Of a DNA stretch of 32,000 bases, positions 1 to 10,209 are shown piece after piece. Each line of letters opens with the position of its first letter. Positions within the stretch are counted from its first letter, which is position 1. The position numbers and the translations under genes are program-made. This DNA is from Nitrosopumilus sp. (GTDB lineage Archaea; Thermoproteota; Nitrososphaeria; Nitrososphaerales; Nitrosopumilaceae): NCBI GenBank assembly GCA_029864235.1, contig JAOTTW010000004.1, forward strand, positions 21,765 to 53,764, written 5' to 3'. The notes below the pieces were generated by a model. That model worked only from the letters and a program-made list of their open reading frames with translations, searched no databases and was not told where the DNA came from.

Positions 1-2
1 GT

Positions 3-494
3 AAACTGCATGAAAGAGATGCGCAACTCTTTCAGAGAGTCGTGACAGCAATGCAGCAACATGATACTAGCACAAGTAGAGTTTTGTCTAACGAATTAGC
101 TGAAATTCGTAAAGTTACAAAGATGCTCGGCAATGCGAGAATGTCATTAGAACAAGTCCAACTAAGACTGACAACTATTCATGATCTTGGTGACGCTATG
201 GTAGCAATTGGACCAGCGATGTCTACAATGAAGGGATTGAAGTCATCACTAGGAAGATTCATGCCAGAAGCAGATTCAGAATTGAATACAATGACCCAGA
301 CACTCAATGGACTCATGATGGATTCTCTTGCAGGAGACTCATTTAGCATGGAATCTGATGTTTCAAGTGAAGAAACTGAAAAGATTCTACAAGAAGCATC
401 TGCAGTAGCTGAGCAACAGATAGGAGATAAATTTCCATCTGTACCATCACCAACAGGACTTTCGTCTCAATCCTCTACTTCTACCTTTGAGTAG
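3..494 (+). CDS. cdvB: ESCRT-III / Snf7-family cell-division protein (CdvB-like), 5' end outside window
   Basis: The frame is open from base 3 (KLHERDAQLFQRVV precedes the GTG at 42), so the gene enters from upstream. Long helical Snf7-like sequence, acidic tail (SSEETEKILQEA) and a C-terminal proline motif FPSVPSP resembling a MIM2 motif. Confidence 0.6.
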   Translation, partial: KLHERDAQLFQRVVTAMQQHDTSTSRVLSNELAEIRKVTKMLGNARMSLEQVQLRLTTIHDLGDAMVAIGPAMSTMKGLKSSLGRFMPEADSELNTMTQTLNGLMMDSLAGDSFSMESDVSSEETEKILQEASAVAEQQIGDKFPSVPSPTGLSSQSSTSTFE

Positions 495-543
495 CTAGTT
501 GAGAAAGACGACAGTCATTATTTTTATTTTAATATTGAATCTC

Positions 544-1698
544 TTAATTCCACAATTTTTCTTTAAATGTCCATTTTTTATTTAAAATAAAATTCCCAAA
601 TGCTGCAAGTCCTACTGCCCCAACCAGCGAGATAGGATAAGAAATATCATGAACATCCACAAGATAGAATACTATTCCTAGTTGTAATAATGCTCCAAGA
701 GAACTAAATACAACAAATTTTCCATATTGTTTTAGAGTTTTAATTAATGAAAAGTCCTTATCAGAAAAAGTCCAAATTTTATTTAAAAGAAAATTTGTAG
801 TCATTGATACAATAATGCCTATTGTTGTTGCATGAATATACCATAAATTAGAAATTCCATCTGCAAACAATAACGAAACTAAATAGTTTACACCCAATCC
901 TGATGCACCTACAGTAAAAAATCTTGCTGCCTTTGAGAGAAATCTTACAGAAGTTCTCTGTTCTTGTTTTTCCACATTTTTTCCATATCTGTATAATTTG
1001 AAAACTGATTTTATGTAATCAATCACAATACCCGAATCAAGTTTGCTTGAACCAAATTTTCTGTCTTGGAATGTATATGGTATTTCTTGAATTTTTACTC
1101 CTTTCGTTTTTACTAATAATTCTAAAAGAATTTTGTAACCTATGGCATCAAAACTTAATCCCTTAATGAGATTCTTCCTAAATGCAAAAAATCCTGACAT
1201 TGGATCATTACTTTTAACTCCTAAACTTTTTCTTGCAATTAGTGTTGCAACTTTACTAATAATTTTTCTTTTTAGGGACCAACCATCTACAGCCCCGCCT
1301 TTGACATATCGAGATGCTATGGCTATATCATATTGATATTGCTTTATTGCCGAAACAAGTTTAGGTATAATTTGTGGTGGATGAGAAAAATCAGAATCCA
1401 TCACAACAATTGTATCTGCTCTGGCATTTTGTATTCCATTCAAAATTGCAGATGCTAATCCATCCTTTGCTTTTCTATGGATAATGCTTATTTTATTTTT
1501 AGTGAATTTCTTTAAATCTGAAATGTATTCTTCAACAATTTTACCAGTCCCATCTGGAGAATTATCATCGACAACAATTGTTTCTGCAGAAAATCCGTCA
1601 GGAAAACACTTTCTAATAGACTTCAAAACACCAATAATATTTTGTGATTCATTATAAGTTGGGACAATTATTGATACTTGAGGGTTTTCCACTTTCAT
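544..1698 (-). CDS. GT2 glycosyltransferase (dolichyl-phosphate mannose/glucose synthase-like) fused to a C-terminal GtrA-like membrane domain
   Basis: SIIVPTYNE, VVDDNSPDGT and DSDFSHPP are classic Dpm1-type GT-A motifs. The C-terminal ~130 aa are hydrophobic helices with NFxLNKxWTF repeated twice, the GtrA signature. Confidence 0.85.
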   Translation of the reverse strand: MKVENPQVSIIVPTYNESQNIIGVLKSIRKCFPDGFSAETIVVDDNSPDGTGKIVEEYISDLKKFTKNKISIIHRKAKDGLASAILNGIQNARADTIVVMDSDFSHPPQIIPKLVSAIKQYQYDIAIASRYVKGGAVDGWSLKRKIISKVATLIARKSLGVKSNDPMSGFFAFRKNLIKGLSFDAIGYKILLELLVKTKGVKIQEIPYTFQDRKFGSSKLDSGIVIDYIKSVFKLYRYGKNVEKQEQRTSVRFLSKAARFFTVGASGLGVNYLVSLLFADGISNLWYIHATTIGIIVSMTTNFLLNKIWTFSDKDFSLIKTLKQYGKFVVFSSLGALLQLGIVFYLVDVHDISYPISLVGAVGLAAFGNFILNKKWTFKEKLWN

Positions 1699-2083
1699 AC
1701 TCTTATTCTCCCCTAGATTAAAAGAATATTAATTTTTAATTTATTTCTGACTTTAATTTCATCTTTATACATGCAAAAATTTGTAATTCAAAAAATCTAT
1801 CTTTTGTCACTAATAATTTATCGTTGTTTGAAACTAGATTAATATTCATTGAAAATGAAAATCTGTGTATTATTTTTCTAAAAATATGAGCTATTCAAAA
1901 TCATAATATTCTTAGATAAAATATTCTATCTTAAATCTTTAAGATATACAATTAACGTGTACTCATATTTATACAAAAAAGAAAATAATTTAATGAGCAT
2001 TACAATAAATATATGAAAAATTTTGTAAAAAATTTATTATTTAATTTAGAAACAAAAAATTAAACTTAAAAATTTTAAATTAT

Positions 2084-3541
2084 TTATGGATATGCAAGTG
2101 ATTCTGTCAAAATTGAATCAAGTTCTGAAATCTTTATTCTATTTTGTTCCATTGAATCTCTTTTTCTAATTGTAACAGTATCATCCTTCAAAGTTTCATG
2201 ATCAATCGTTATTGCAAATGGAGCTCCAATTTCATCTAGTCTGCGGTATCTTCTTCCTATTGCTCCAGAATGATCTAAAAATGCATCAAATTTTCTTTTA
2301 ATTTGAAGATAAATTTCATCGGTTTTCTCTTTTAATCCATCTTTTTTTATCAAAGATAAAACTCCAACATGAATTGGAGATAAATACGGTTTAATAGATA
2401 ATACAATTCTTTCATGCTCTTTGTCGTCATTAAGACTGTGCTCAAGAATTGTGTAAAGACTTCTGTCAATTCCCATAGAAATTTCAAAGACATGTGGTAG
2501 TACCTTTTTATCATTATCCATAACTTCAAATTTTTCTTTGCTTTTTTCTGCATGACTTGAAAGATCATAATCTGATCTATAATTACATGCAACAAGCTCA
2601 AGCCAACCTATTGTTGTCTCTACTTCAAAATCAAAAGCAGCTTCTGCATAGAATGCTTTTTCTTTCTCTCCAAGCTTTCTGAATCTACTCTTTGTAATGT
2701 CAATTCCTGTTTTTTCATAAAATTCTGTTAGTATTCCCAAATAATATGCCACAAACTTATTTGGAACTATTTCTGATTCAATTGCTTCTTTACATGTCAT
2801 TGCAAAAGGTTCAGAATCTGTCTGGATTCTAATTATGGTATTTTGAATCTCTGAAAACTTTTCTACATCATTTAATCTTGAAGGATTACAAAACACTTCA
2901 ATTTCTGCCTGATAAAACTCACGAAGACGAAGCAGACTTTGGCGTGGTGAAATCTCATTTCGAAAACTTTTTCCAACCTGAGCAATTCCAAATGGTAACT
3001 TTCCACGCATTATCTTAAACAATCTTGGAAAATCGACAAAGATTGATTGACATGTTTCTGGTCTGAGATATGCTTCTTCCTCTTCAGGTCCAATTCCAAC
3101 TCTGAACATCATGTTGAATTTCTTGGTATTTTCAAAATCTCCTTTGCATTTTGGACACTTGATATTGCTTTGTAAAATTGCTTTGTCAAATTCTATCAGA
3201 TCTGCACTTTCAGGAATTTCCATATTTGAAATCTCAGATATAGTCCTATCTGCCCTAAAAGTTGATTTACATTTTTTACATTTTATGATAGGATCTGCAA
3301 AGCTTCCTAAATGACCTGATGCTTCAAACACAGATTTTGACATAATTTGTGAACCATCAATCTCAAACATACCATCTCGTCGAATTAACTCTCTTCTCCA
3401 TAATTCTAAAAATTTATTTTTCAAACTCACACCGGATGGTCCATACTCCCAAAACCCCGCTTGTGCATCACTATATACTTCACAACTTGGAAAATAAAAT
3501 CCACGCTCAAGTGCTAATTTCATCACATCTTCATAATTCAT
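2084..3541 (-). CDS. glyS: Glycine--tRNA ligase (archaeal/eukaryotic alpha2 type)
   Basis: The N-terminus LERGFYFPSCEVYSDAQAGFWEYGPSGVSLKNK, class II motifs (FRNEISPR, GIDR) and the C-terminal anticodon-binding region are typical of GlyRS. Confidence 0.92.
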   Translation of the reverse strand: MNYEDVMKLALERGFYFPSCEVYSDAQAGFWEYGPSGVSLKNKFLELWRRELIRRDGMFEIDGSQIMSKSVFEASGHLGSFADPIIKCKKCKSTFRADRTISEISNMEIPESADLIEFDKAILQSNIKCPKCKGDFENTKKFNMMFRVGIGPEEEEAYLRPETCQSIFVDFPRLFKIMRGKLPFGIAQVGKSFRNEISPRQSLLRLREFYQAEIEVFCNPSRLNDVEKFSEIQNTIIRIQTDSEPFAMTCKEAIESEIVPNKFVAYYLGILTEFYEKTGIDITKSRFRKLGEKEKAFYAEAAFDFEVETTIGWLELVACNYRSDYDLSSHAEKSKEKFEVMDNDKKVLPHVFEISMGIDRSLYTILEHSLNDDKEHERIVLSIKPYLSPIHVGVLSLIKKDGLKEKTDEIYLQIKRKFDAFLDHSGAIGRRYRRLDEIGAPFAITIDHETLKDDTVTIRKRDSMEQNRIKISELDSILTESLAYP

Positions 3542-3574
3542 CTAATCACTTTCTTAAAATTTCCGAATAAATTC

Positions 3575-4414
3575 CTACACAAGCCCCTTCACAATTCTAA
3601 TATTTTCAAAATCATCTCTAACATCATCAATTGGGGTTTCTAAAATTATTGGTACTTTTTCCTTGTTTACAGTCTTAATCACTGCCCCAAGACCTTTCTC
3701 TCCAATATTTCCCAGTCCTATGTGATAATGTCTATCTAAATTACAACCGATTTCTCCTTTAGCATCATTAAGATGTAAAATCTTTAAATTTTCTATTCCC
3801 ACACTGTCATCAAATTCTGAAAAAGTTTCTTTTACAGCTTTATCAGTTCTTAGGTCATATCCTGATACAAATGCATGACATGTATCAAAACACACTCCAA
3901 ATTTCTTTACTGGTTTTAACTGATTAAAAATTTCTGCAAGCTGTTCAAAATTAGCCCCAACAGAATTTTTTTGCCCAGCAGAATTTTCAAGTAAAATTTT
4001 CACATCATTTTTCGTTTGACCTGCCTTTGAAAGTCCTTTAACAAGTCGTTTAATTCCTTCTTCTTCTCCTGTTCCTAAATGACTACCCAAATGAGTTACC
4101 AAATATGGAATTCCAAGCTTTCCACATCTTTCAACCTCACTTATCAAAGTATTTACAGATTTTTCAAACCCATCTTTTTTTGGGGTGGATAAATTTGGTA
4201 AGTATGGCATATGTGCACAAATTGCCATTCTATCTATCTTGCTGTTTTCTAGCTTGCCTTTAAAATTTTCAATGTCTTGTTCTACTAGTTCCTTTGCATT
4301 CCATCCCCTTGGATTTCTTGTAAATATTTGAAAAGCTGAGCAATCTCTTTCAACTGCATTATCTACTGATTTATCAATCGATCCAGAAATTGATACATGA
4401 CAACCAATCTGCAT
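3575..4414 (-). CDS. nfo: Endonuclease IV (AP endonuclease, TIM-barrel)
   Basis: Metal-ligand motifs are present: HxSISG at the N-terminus, VTHLGSH, LENSAGQ, CFDTCHAF, HLNDAK and ILETP. Confidence 0.92.
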   Translation of the reverse strand: MQIGCHVSISGSIDKSVDNAVERDCSAFQIFTRNPRGWNAKELVEQDIENFKGKLENSKIDRMAICAHMPYLPNLSTPKKDGFEKSVNTLISEVERCGKLGIPYLVTHLGSHLGTGEEEGIKRLVKGLSKAGQTKNDVKILLENSAGQKNSVGANFEQLAEIFNQLKPVKKFGVCFDTCHAFVSGYDLRTDKAVKETFSEFDDSVGIENLKILHLNDAKGEIGCNLDRHYHIGLGNIGEKGLGAVIKTVNKEKVPIILETPIDDVRDDFENIRIVKGLV

Positions 4415-4505
4415 TTATGAAAATTTCTCCTAAACATAATTTAAATTAGCATAAAGCTCAAAAACAGAAAACCAGATTTTTATGTAAATATCATTAATCA
4501 ATGTC

Positions 4506-5534
4506 ATGCTTGCATTAGGCCAAGATGAAATTGCAAAATATCCTTTTCTAGCCGATGCTGGTCAGTATTTAAAAGAACAAGGATTTACACTAGAACAATT
4601 TGGAACCGATCCTGATCTAATTCCCTTGATTGAAAAAGCATATAACAGAATCTATGCTGCATGCGAAGGCGATCCGCAATCTTACAAATCTGATATCATT
4701 GAAAATCAGGCATCAAATACTGCATCTCTTCCAAGAGAGGTCTTTTCTTTCTTACTGTCAATTGTACTACTAAAATTAACTGGAATTCCAACATTAGCTA
4801 AACGTTTTGCATTAAATGAGGCTATGCGTGCTGAAGCTTTTCTTGAGAAAGATTTGAAAAATATTTCAACTGATTCAAATGAATTACCAATTAAAATAAT
4901 TGAAGATTTATTTTCAATAAAAGTAAAAAAACATAATGATTTCTTTGTCATATCCGTTTCAGATTACATAAAACATTCTATTCATTTTCATGAAAGAGAA
5001 TGGAAGTTAATCAACAGACATGTTGAAGATGGATTCGTATTTCTTACTCCACATCAAACTGTTAGACTAGTTAGAAAGGAATTAGGAACTTTTATCACTT
5101 CAAAAATCTTAACTGGAAAAAAACCATCTATGATTTCTGGCTTTGAAAAATTTGTAAATAATTTAATTTCTTATTCAAAAAAATTTTCTATTTCTATTGT
5201 TGATAGTGGAGAATATCCTCCCTGTATTAAACACGCAATAGAAATTCTTGAAAAAGGAGAAAATCTCCCACATTCAGGGCGATTCATGCTTGCAACATTT
5301 CTGTTATCAAAAGGACGATTAGTACAACAAATTGCACCATTATTCAAAAATGCACCTGACTATAATGAAAAAACTACCCTCTATCAGTTGAATCATCTAG
5401 CAGGAACGTCTGGCAGTGGAACTCAATACTCGTGTCCTTCATGTGAAAAATTAAAGACTCAAAATCTGTGTTTTATAATACCAGAATGTAATAATATCAT
5501 AAGCCCACTTCAATTTGGAAAAAAGAAAAACTAA
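4506..5534 (+). CDS. priL: DNA primase large (regulatory) subunit PriL
   Basis: Archaeal PriL-like helical protein with C-terminal Fe-S cysteines (PPCIKHAI ... YSCPSCEKLKTQNLCF). Its stop overlaps the priS ATG (TAATG). Confidence 0.85.
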   Translation: MLALGQDEIAKYPFLADAGQYLKEQGFTLEQFGTDPDLIPLIEKAYNRIYAACEGDPQSYKSDIIENQASNTASLPREVFSFLLSIVLLKLTGIPTLAKRFALNEAMRAEAFLEKDLKNISTDSNELPIKIIEDLFSIKVKKHNDFFVISVSDYIKHSIHFHEREWKLINRHVEDGFVFLTPHQTVRLVRKELGTFITSKILTGKKPSMISGFEKFVNNLISYSKKFSISIVDSGEYPPCIKHAIEILEKGENLPHSGRFMLATFLLSKGRLVQQIAPLFKNAPDYNEKTTLYQLNHLAGTSGSGTQYSCPSCEKLKTQNLCFIIPECNNIISPLQFGKKKN

Positions 5535-6655
5535 TGAATGAAAATGATGTTAAATTTATTGAAGATTCTTTCAAGAAATACTATTTTAATCACTTTGAAT
5601 TAATTCATGTTCCTGAGAGAACAGCTGAAAGAGAATTTGGATTTCAGAAATTTAATTCTGGAATGACTCGTCACATTTCAATAAAAGATGATAAAGAACT
5701 ACATCTTTTATTAATGAAAAATATTCCTTCTGATGTTTACTGTTCTAATGCATACTATTCTTTTCCTAATTTACCAATGAACGAAAAGGATTGGAAAGAA
5801 GCTGATCTAATTTTTGACATCGATGCTAAAGATTTGAATTTAAATTGTAGATCTAATCATACTGTATCTATTTGTAATGATTGTAAAACAATTTCAAATA
5901 AACAAATTCAATGGAAAAAATGTAATTCAACAAAGTTAGAAGAAAAATCACTTACATGTAAAAACTGTATTGAAAAATCAAAACTTGAAGTAAAAAAATT
6001 ATTCGAGATATTAATTGAAGATTTTGCGATTGATAAAAATGATATTCATATTTACTTTTCAGGAAATGAGGGATTTCATGTTTATGTATATAACTCACAA
6101 TTCCAAAAACTTGGTTCTAGAGAAAGATCTGAGTTAGCTGATTATATTTTGTTCAATGGAGTAATTCCTGAAACTTTTGGAATGAAAAAATTTAAACCAA
6201 ATCGTGCTTTATTTCCAAATTTTGATGAGAGAGGATGGAGAGGAAGATTTGCAAAAGATGTTTTTGATTCAAAATCAAAGCGCTCCAAAATAATATCTGA
6301 ATTAATTACAAACGGATATTCATCCTTTCAAAAAAAACTAGAAGATGTGTCTACCAGAATTGGGGTTAAAATTGATCCTAATGTTACAATGGATATACAT
6401 AGAATTTTTAGACTTCCTGGTTCCATAAATAGTAAAAGTGGTTTGACAAAAATTTATTGTAAAAATATTACAAAATTTGATCCATTCTTGGAGGCTTCAT
6501 TTCTTAATGAAGATACCATAGAAATAATTGCAGATTGTCCTATTGAATTTAAGCTGAAAAACAAAAAATTTGGTCCTTATGACAATGAAAAAGTCACTGT
6601 TCCAACATATGCTGCAGCATACATGATTTGCAAAAAACTGGCATCAATTTCCTAG
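5534..6655 (+). CDS. priS: DNA primase small (catalytic) subunit PriS
   Basis: AEP primase motifs DLIFDIDAKD, SGNEGFHVYV and FRLPGSINSKSG, plus an internal Cys-rich zinc knuckle (CNDCK...CKNC). Confidence 0.92.
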   Translation: MNENDVKFIEDSFKKYYFNHFELIHVPERTAEREFGFQKFNSGMTRHISIKDDKELHLLLMKNIPSDVYCSNAYYSFPNLPMNEKDWKEADLIFDIDAKDLNLNCRSNHTVSICNDCKTISNKQIQWKKCNSTKLEEKSLTCKNCIEKSKLEVKKLFEILIEDFAIDKNDIHIYFSGNEGFHVYVYNSQFQKLGSRERSELADYILFNGVIPETFGMKKFKPNRALFPNFDERGWRGRFAKDVFDSKSKRSKIISELITNGYSSFQKKLEDVSTRIGVKIDPNVTMDIHRIFRLPGSINSKSGLTKIYCKNITKFDPFLEASFLNEDTIEIIADCPIEFKLKNKKFGPYDNEKVTVPTYAAAYMICKKLASIS

Positions 6656-6740
6656 ATTTTACAAAAAACAGTCACTTCAAGCATAATCCTAGATCTTCAT
6701 TTTACCGGTAAGACATTAATTTACCTAACCACAACGAACG

Positions 6741-9602
6741 TTGATTTTGTATAGCGCCTCTACTGATAAGCAAGCTCCACCTCCTGATACTGGAAAATAC
6801 ATCAGATTAGGAATTATTGCCATAATTGGTATTGTAATTTTTGCTATTGTGGGAAATCAAGCTGTTATTTTATCAATGAATTTTACAGAATTCGGGGATC
6901 AATTCACCAAACCTCTATTTTATACACTGATTTCAACCATAATTCTTTCAGCTATAGCACTTGTTAGAGTTAACATTGCCGCTCGCTCATCAATTTTTTG
7001 GTATGGAATTAATACAGCAATAGGCTTTCTAGGACGAAATGCTCAACAAAACATCTCAACAAACGTTCCTAACTTTAGAGACTACAAGCTAAGTTCTCCC
7101 CAATTTATTATCTGGCAAATTACAAAGATTCTCCTTTTTGGTGCATTCTTTGCAAATATCATGTTTGGTTTTGCTGCTATGACGTTTCTTGATGGAAATA
7201 ATTTAGGAATTGAACATTTATCAAAATTATTTTCACTACCCTTTGTGACTCCTGATACTGATCCAAATTATGCAACTGAAAATGTAGTTCCAATGATTCC
7301 AGCACTAGTAATTCTAATTCCTCCTATGCTTGCAGCAATTGGGCTTCGACTGGTACTGTATGTTGGAATTCACAGAATCATTGATGTGATAATCTCTTTT
7401 CTAAAAGATTCTAACGAGGGAAAACCTAGATATCTTAATTATGTCTCAACAATTGAAGCCATTTTAGGAATAGGCGTTCTATGGGCAGGCTTCAACCTTT
7501 TCTTTACTGATCAAATTGATTACAATACTAGATATGTCATTGGTGGAACTTTAGTAATTGGTTTTGCCCTAATTGCATTTTCTTTTGTTGATAGAATTAG
7601 AGCCCGTGTTTTAACTCATATGTTTAAACGTGATGTTATAATACGATTTGCAACCATTTTTGTAATCATACTTATTGTTGCTGGGGTTGTAGGAGTAAAC
7701 AACAGTATTGCAGATGCAAAAAAAATAGAGTTCTTGGGTCCATATACTGCACAACAAATTGGTGTCAATAGGTATCTTGGTGAATTAAACAACGTTCAAG
7801 AAAATACTCATGATGTTAAACTACAATCAGTATCTCCAAATAACATTAAAAATTATGTTGGTAAAAACAGTGATATTCTAGACGTTATCAGAGTTTGGGA
7901 TTGGGAGGCAGCATTTGCCAAACTAAAGCCAGAGATTGGTTTGATTCCTTATGTAGACTTTGAAGACAATGATATTCTTCGTTTTAATAATACTCTATAT
8001 TGGACAGCGTCCATGAAACCAATTCTACCCACATCTGTCAGTCTTGAAAATAGATGGTATAACGAACATTTGGTATACACACATGTGCCTAATGGATTTC
8101 TGACACTAGAGGCTACTGATGGACAAATTGTAGATAGCAGTGTATTTTTCAAACAAAGAGAAATCTACTATGGAGAAGGTGGACTTTTTGAGCAAACATG
8201 GTCTGCGTATCCAAATTCACGTGGAGATACTAGTGCGGAATTGGGAGGTGCATTATACAGTGGACAAGGCGGATTAGATGTTTCTCCACCTCTTAGTTGG
8301 ATCTTTGAGCCAAACTTTCTACTATCATTTCCAGGCGAATCTGTTCATATTATGAGATATAAAGATGTCAAAGATAGAATGGAAACTCTATATCCTTATT
8401 TCCTCTATGATCTATTTGGTAAAGAACTTGATTCTCTTCCAGTTACTGACGGTAAAAATTCATACTGGTTAGTTCCATTGATAATTGGATTTGATACACA
8501 TGATGTTCCATGGTCTGTAGGAAATCCATATTTGAGATTAGTAGGATACGCCTTAATTGATTCGTATAATGGTGAAATTCAGTTATTGAAAACAGGTGAT
8601 GACTTCTTTACTGAAATGTTTGCTAGTCAATATTCAGAACAATTTCAACCAATGCCAACATGGCTTGAAGAACAAATCAGATATCCTGTAGAACTATTTA
8701 ATTGGAAAACAGAAATGTACAACATTTACCATGTAACTGATGTTGAGACATTCATTCAGGCAAATCAATTTTATGAAATACCTCGAGGATTAGATACATA
8801 CTATGTAGAAGCAAAACCACCTGGTTTTGATAAAACTGAGTTCTTGGGTTTACTTTCATTGGAATTACGAGGTTCTCAAGGAAGAAATTTGGCAGGATAT
8901 ATGGTAGTTCAAAATGATTTGACGAATCTTGGTAACTTACAATTCTATGAGGTTCCACTAAATTCTACAACAAAATTAATCGGCCCAACAGCAGTTAGAG
9001 AGGCACTAGATAGAGATCCAGAATTTGCACAATTAAAGACGCTTTTGAGAAACCCTAGAATTGGAGATAATATTCTGTACCGTGTAGGCGAACATGATAT
9101 TTACTTTATTCCAGTTTATACTGCTGGAGCAGGAGGCGTTGTTGCTCAACTAGGAACCATCGCTGCAGTAGGTGCTGCATTTACTGGAGAATATTATGTA
9201 GGCTTGGGCAATACTCAGGAAGAAGCATTTGAAGCATATCTAAAAAAAGTATCAGGTGTTGCACCAGCTTCAACTACAGCTGATTTAGATTATGTTGAAT
9301 TAGATAAATCTGATAGAATTGATATCATTAAACTGATATTTACTCAGGAAGGAATTACAATTTCAGAGCCTACATCAATTCAAGTTCCCCTATCTTTTAA
9401 GGAAGGAGAAATTTTCTTCTTTACTGAAAATGATAGATCTGAAACTGAAGAATTGTTAAATAACTTCATTGGTGACTTTGTCAAACCCAGAAGTGATAGG
9501 GTATTCATGTGGCAAGAAGAGAATAATCTCAATATTGGTACAATAATTGTTAAAGACAGTATACCTGAAATGCATTATGTCTCAATAGAAGTAGGCAGTT
9601 AA
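6741..9602 (+). CDS. UPF0182-family large integral membrane protein (function unknown)
   Basis: 953 aa with a TTG start. About 7 N-terminal TM helices are followed by a ~600 aa soluble region, and size and architecture match UPF0182. Family assignment is from recollection, not a search. Confidence 0.55.
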   Translation: MILYSASTDKQAPPPDTGKYIRLGIIAIIGIVIFAIVGNQAVILSMNFTEFGDQFTKPLFYTLISTIILSAIALVRVNIAARSSIFWYGINTAIGFLGRNAQQNISTNVPNFRDYKLSSPQFIIWQITKILLFGAFFANIMFGFAAMTFLDGNNLGIEHLSKLFSLPFVTPDTDPNYATENVVPMIPALVILIPPMLAAIGLRLVLYVGIHRIIDVIISFLKDSNEGKPRYLNYVSTIEAILGIGVLWAGFNLFFTDQIDYNTRYVIGGTLVIGFALIAFSFVDRIRARVLTHMFKRDVIIRFATIFVIILIVAGVVGVNNSIADAKKIEFLGPYTAQQIGVNRYLGELNNVQENTHDVKLQSVSPNNIKNYVGKNSDILDVIRVWDWEAAFAKLKPEIGLIPYVDFEDNDILRFNNTLYWTASMKPILPTSVSLENRWYNEHLVYTHVPNGFLTLEATDGQIVDSSVFFKQREIYYGEGGLFEQTWSAYPNSRGDTSAELGGALYSGQGGLDVSPPLSWIFEPNFLLSFPGESVHIMRYKDVKDRMETLYPYFLYDLFGKELDSLPVTDGKNSYWLVPLIIGFDTHDVPWSVGNPYLRLVGYALIDSYNGEIQLLKTGDDFFTEMFASQYSEQFQPMPTWLEEQIRYPVELFNWKTEMYNIYHVTDVETFIQANQFYEIPRGLDTYYVEAKPPGFDKTEFLGLLSLELRGSQGRNLAGYMVVQNDLTNLGNLQFYEVPLNSTTKLIGPTAVREALDRDPEFAQLKTLLRNPRIGDNILYRVGEHDIYFIPVYTAGAGGVVAQLGTIAAVGAAFTGEYYVGLGNTQEEAFEAYLKKVSGVAPASTTADLDYVELDKSDRIDIIKLIFTQEGITISEPTSIQVPLSFKEGEIFFFTENDRSETEELLNNFIGDFVKPRSDRVFMWQEENNLNIGTIIVKDSIPEMHYVSIEVGS

Positions 9603-9666
9603 GATTAATACTGCTCTCAATTTTTCTTTTAATAATACTAAATTATCTCTATTTTAGAATTTAATT

Positions 9667-10209
9667 ATGTTGTTGGTTGTTGATAACGGTTCTGTCTATA
9701 CAAAAAATCTAATTGATTTTTTAAATTCAAAAAAAATTCAATTTGAAAAACAAACTCCTGAAAATTTGAATGTAGAATTTCTTGAAAAATATGACTCTTT
9801 TATTCTCTCGGGAAGAAGAAAAAATGAAAAAAATACTAACAAAATCAATTCCAAAATAGTAAAACATTCAATAGATAACAATAAAAAGTTATTAGGAATT
9901 TGTTACGGTGCAGAAATTTTGGCTTTGACTTTGGGTGGTACCATTAGAAAAATTGACTCCATTCAAAAAGGTAATGAAAATATCAAAATTTACAAGGAAA
10001 ACATGATTTGCAATAATAATATACATGTTTTTGAGAGTCATAGTTATGAAATTTCAAAACTTCCAGATTTACTAATTCCAATTGGAGAATCTGATAACTG
10101 TAAATATGAAATTATTCAATATAAAAAAAAGCCAATTTTTGGAACTCAATTTCATCCTGAAATGAGCAAAGACGGTCATCATTTAATTGAAAAATTCTGT
10201 TCTCTCTGA
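9667..10209 (+). CDS. Class I glutamine amidotransferase (stand-alone GATase1 domain)
   Basis: Nucleophile elbow GICYGAE and the His-Glu pair in FGTQFHPE. The partner synthase cannot be identified from sequence. Confidence 0.8.
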   Translation: MLLVVDNGSVYTKNLIDFLNSKKIQFEKQTPENLNVEFLEKYDSFILSGRRKNEKNTNKINSKIVKHSIDNNKKLLGICYGAEILALTLGGTIRKIDSIQKGNENIKIYKENMICNNNIHVFESHSYEISKLPDLLIPIGESDNCKYEIIQYKKKPIFGTQFHPEMSKDGHHLIEKFCSL

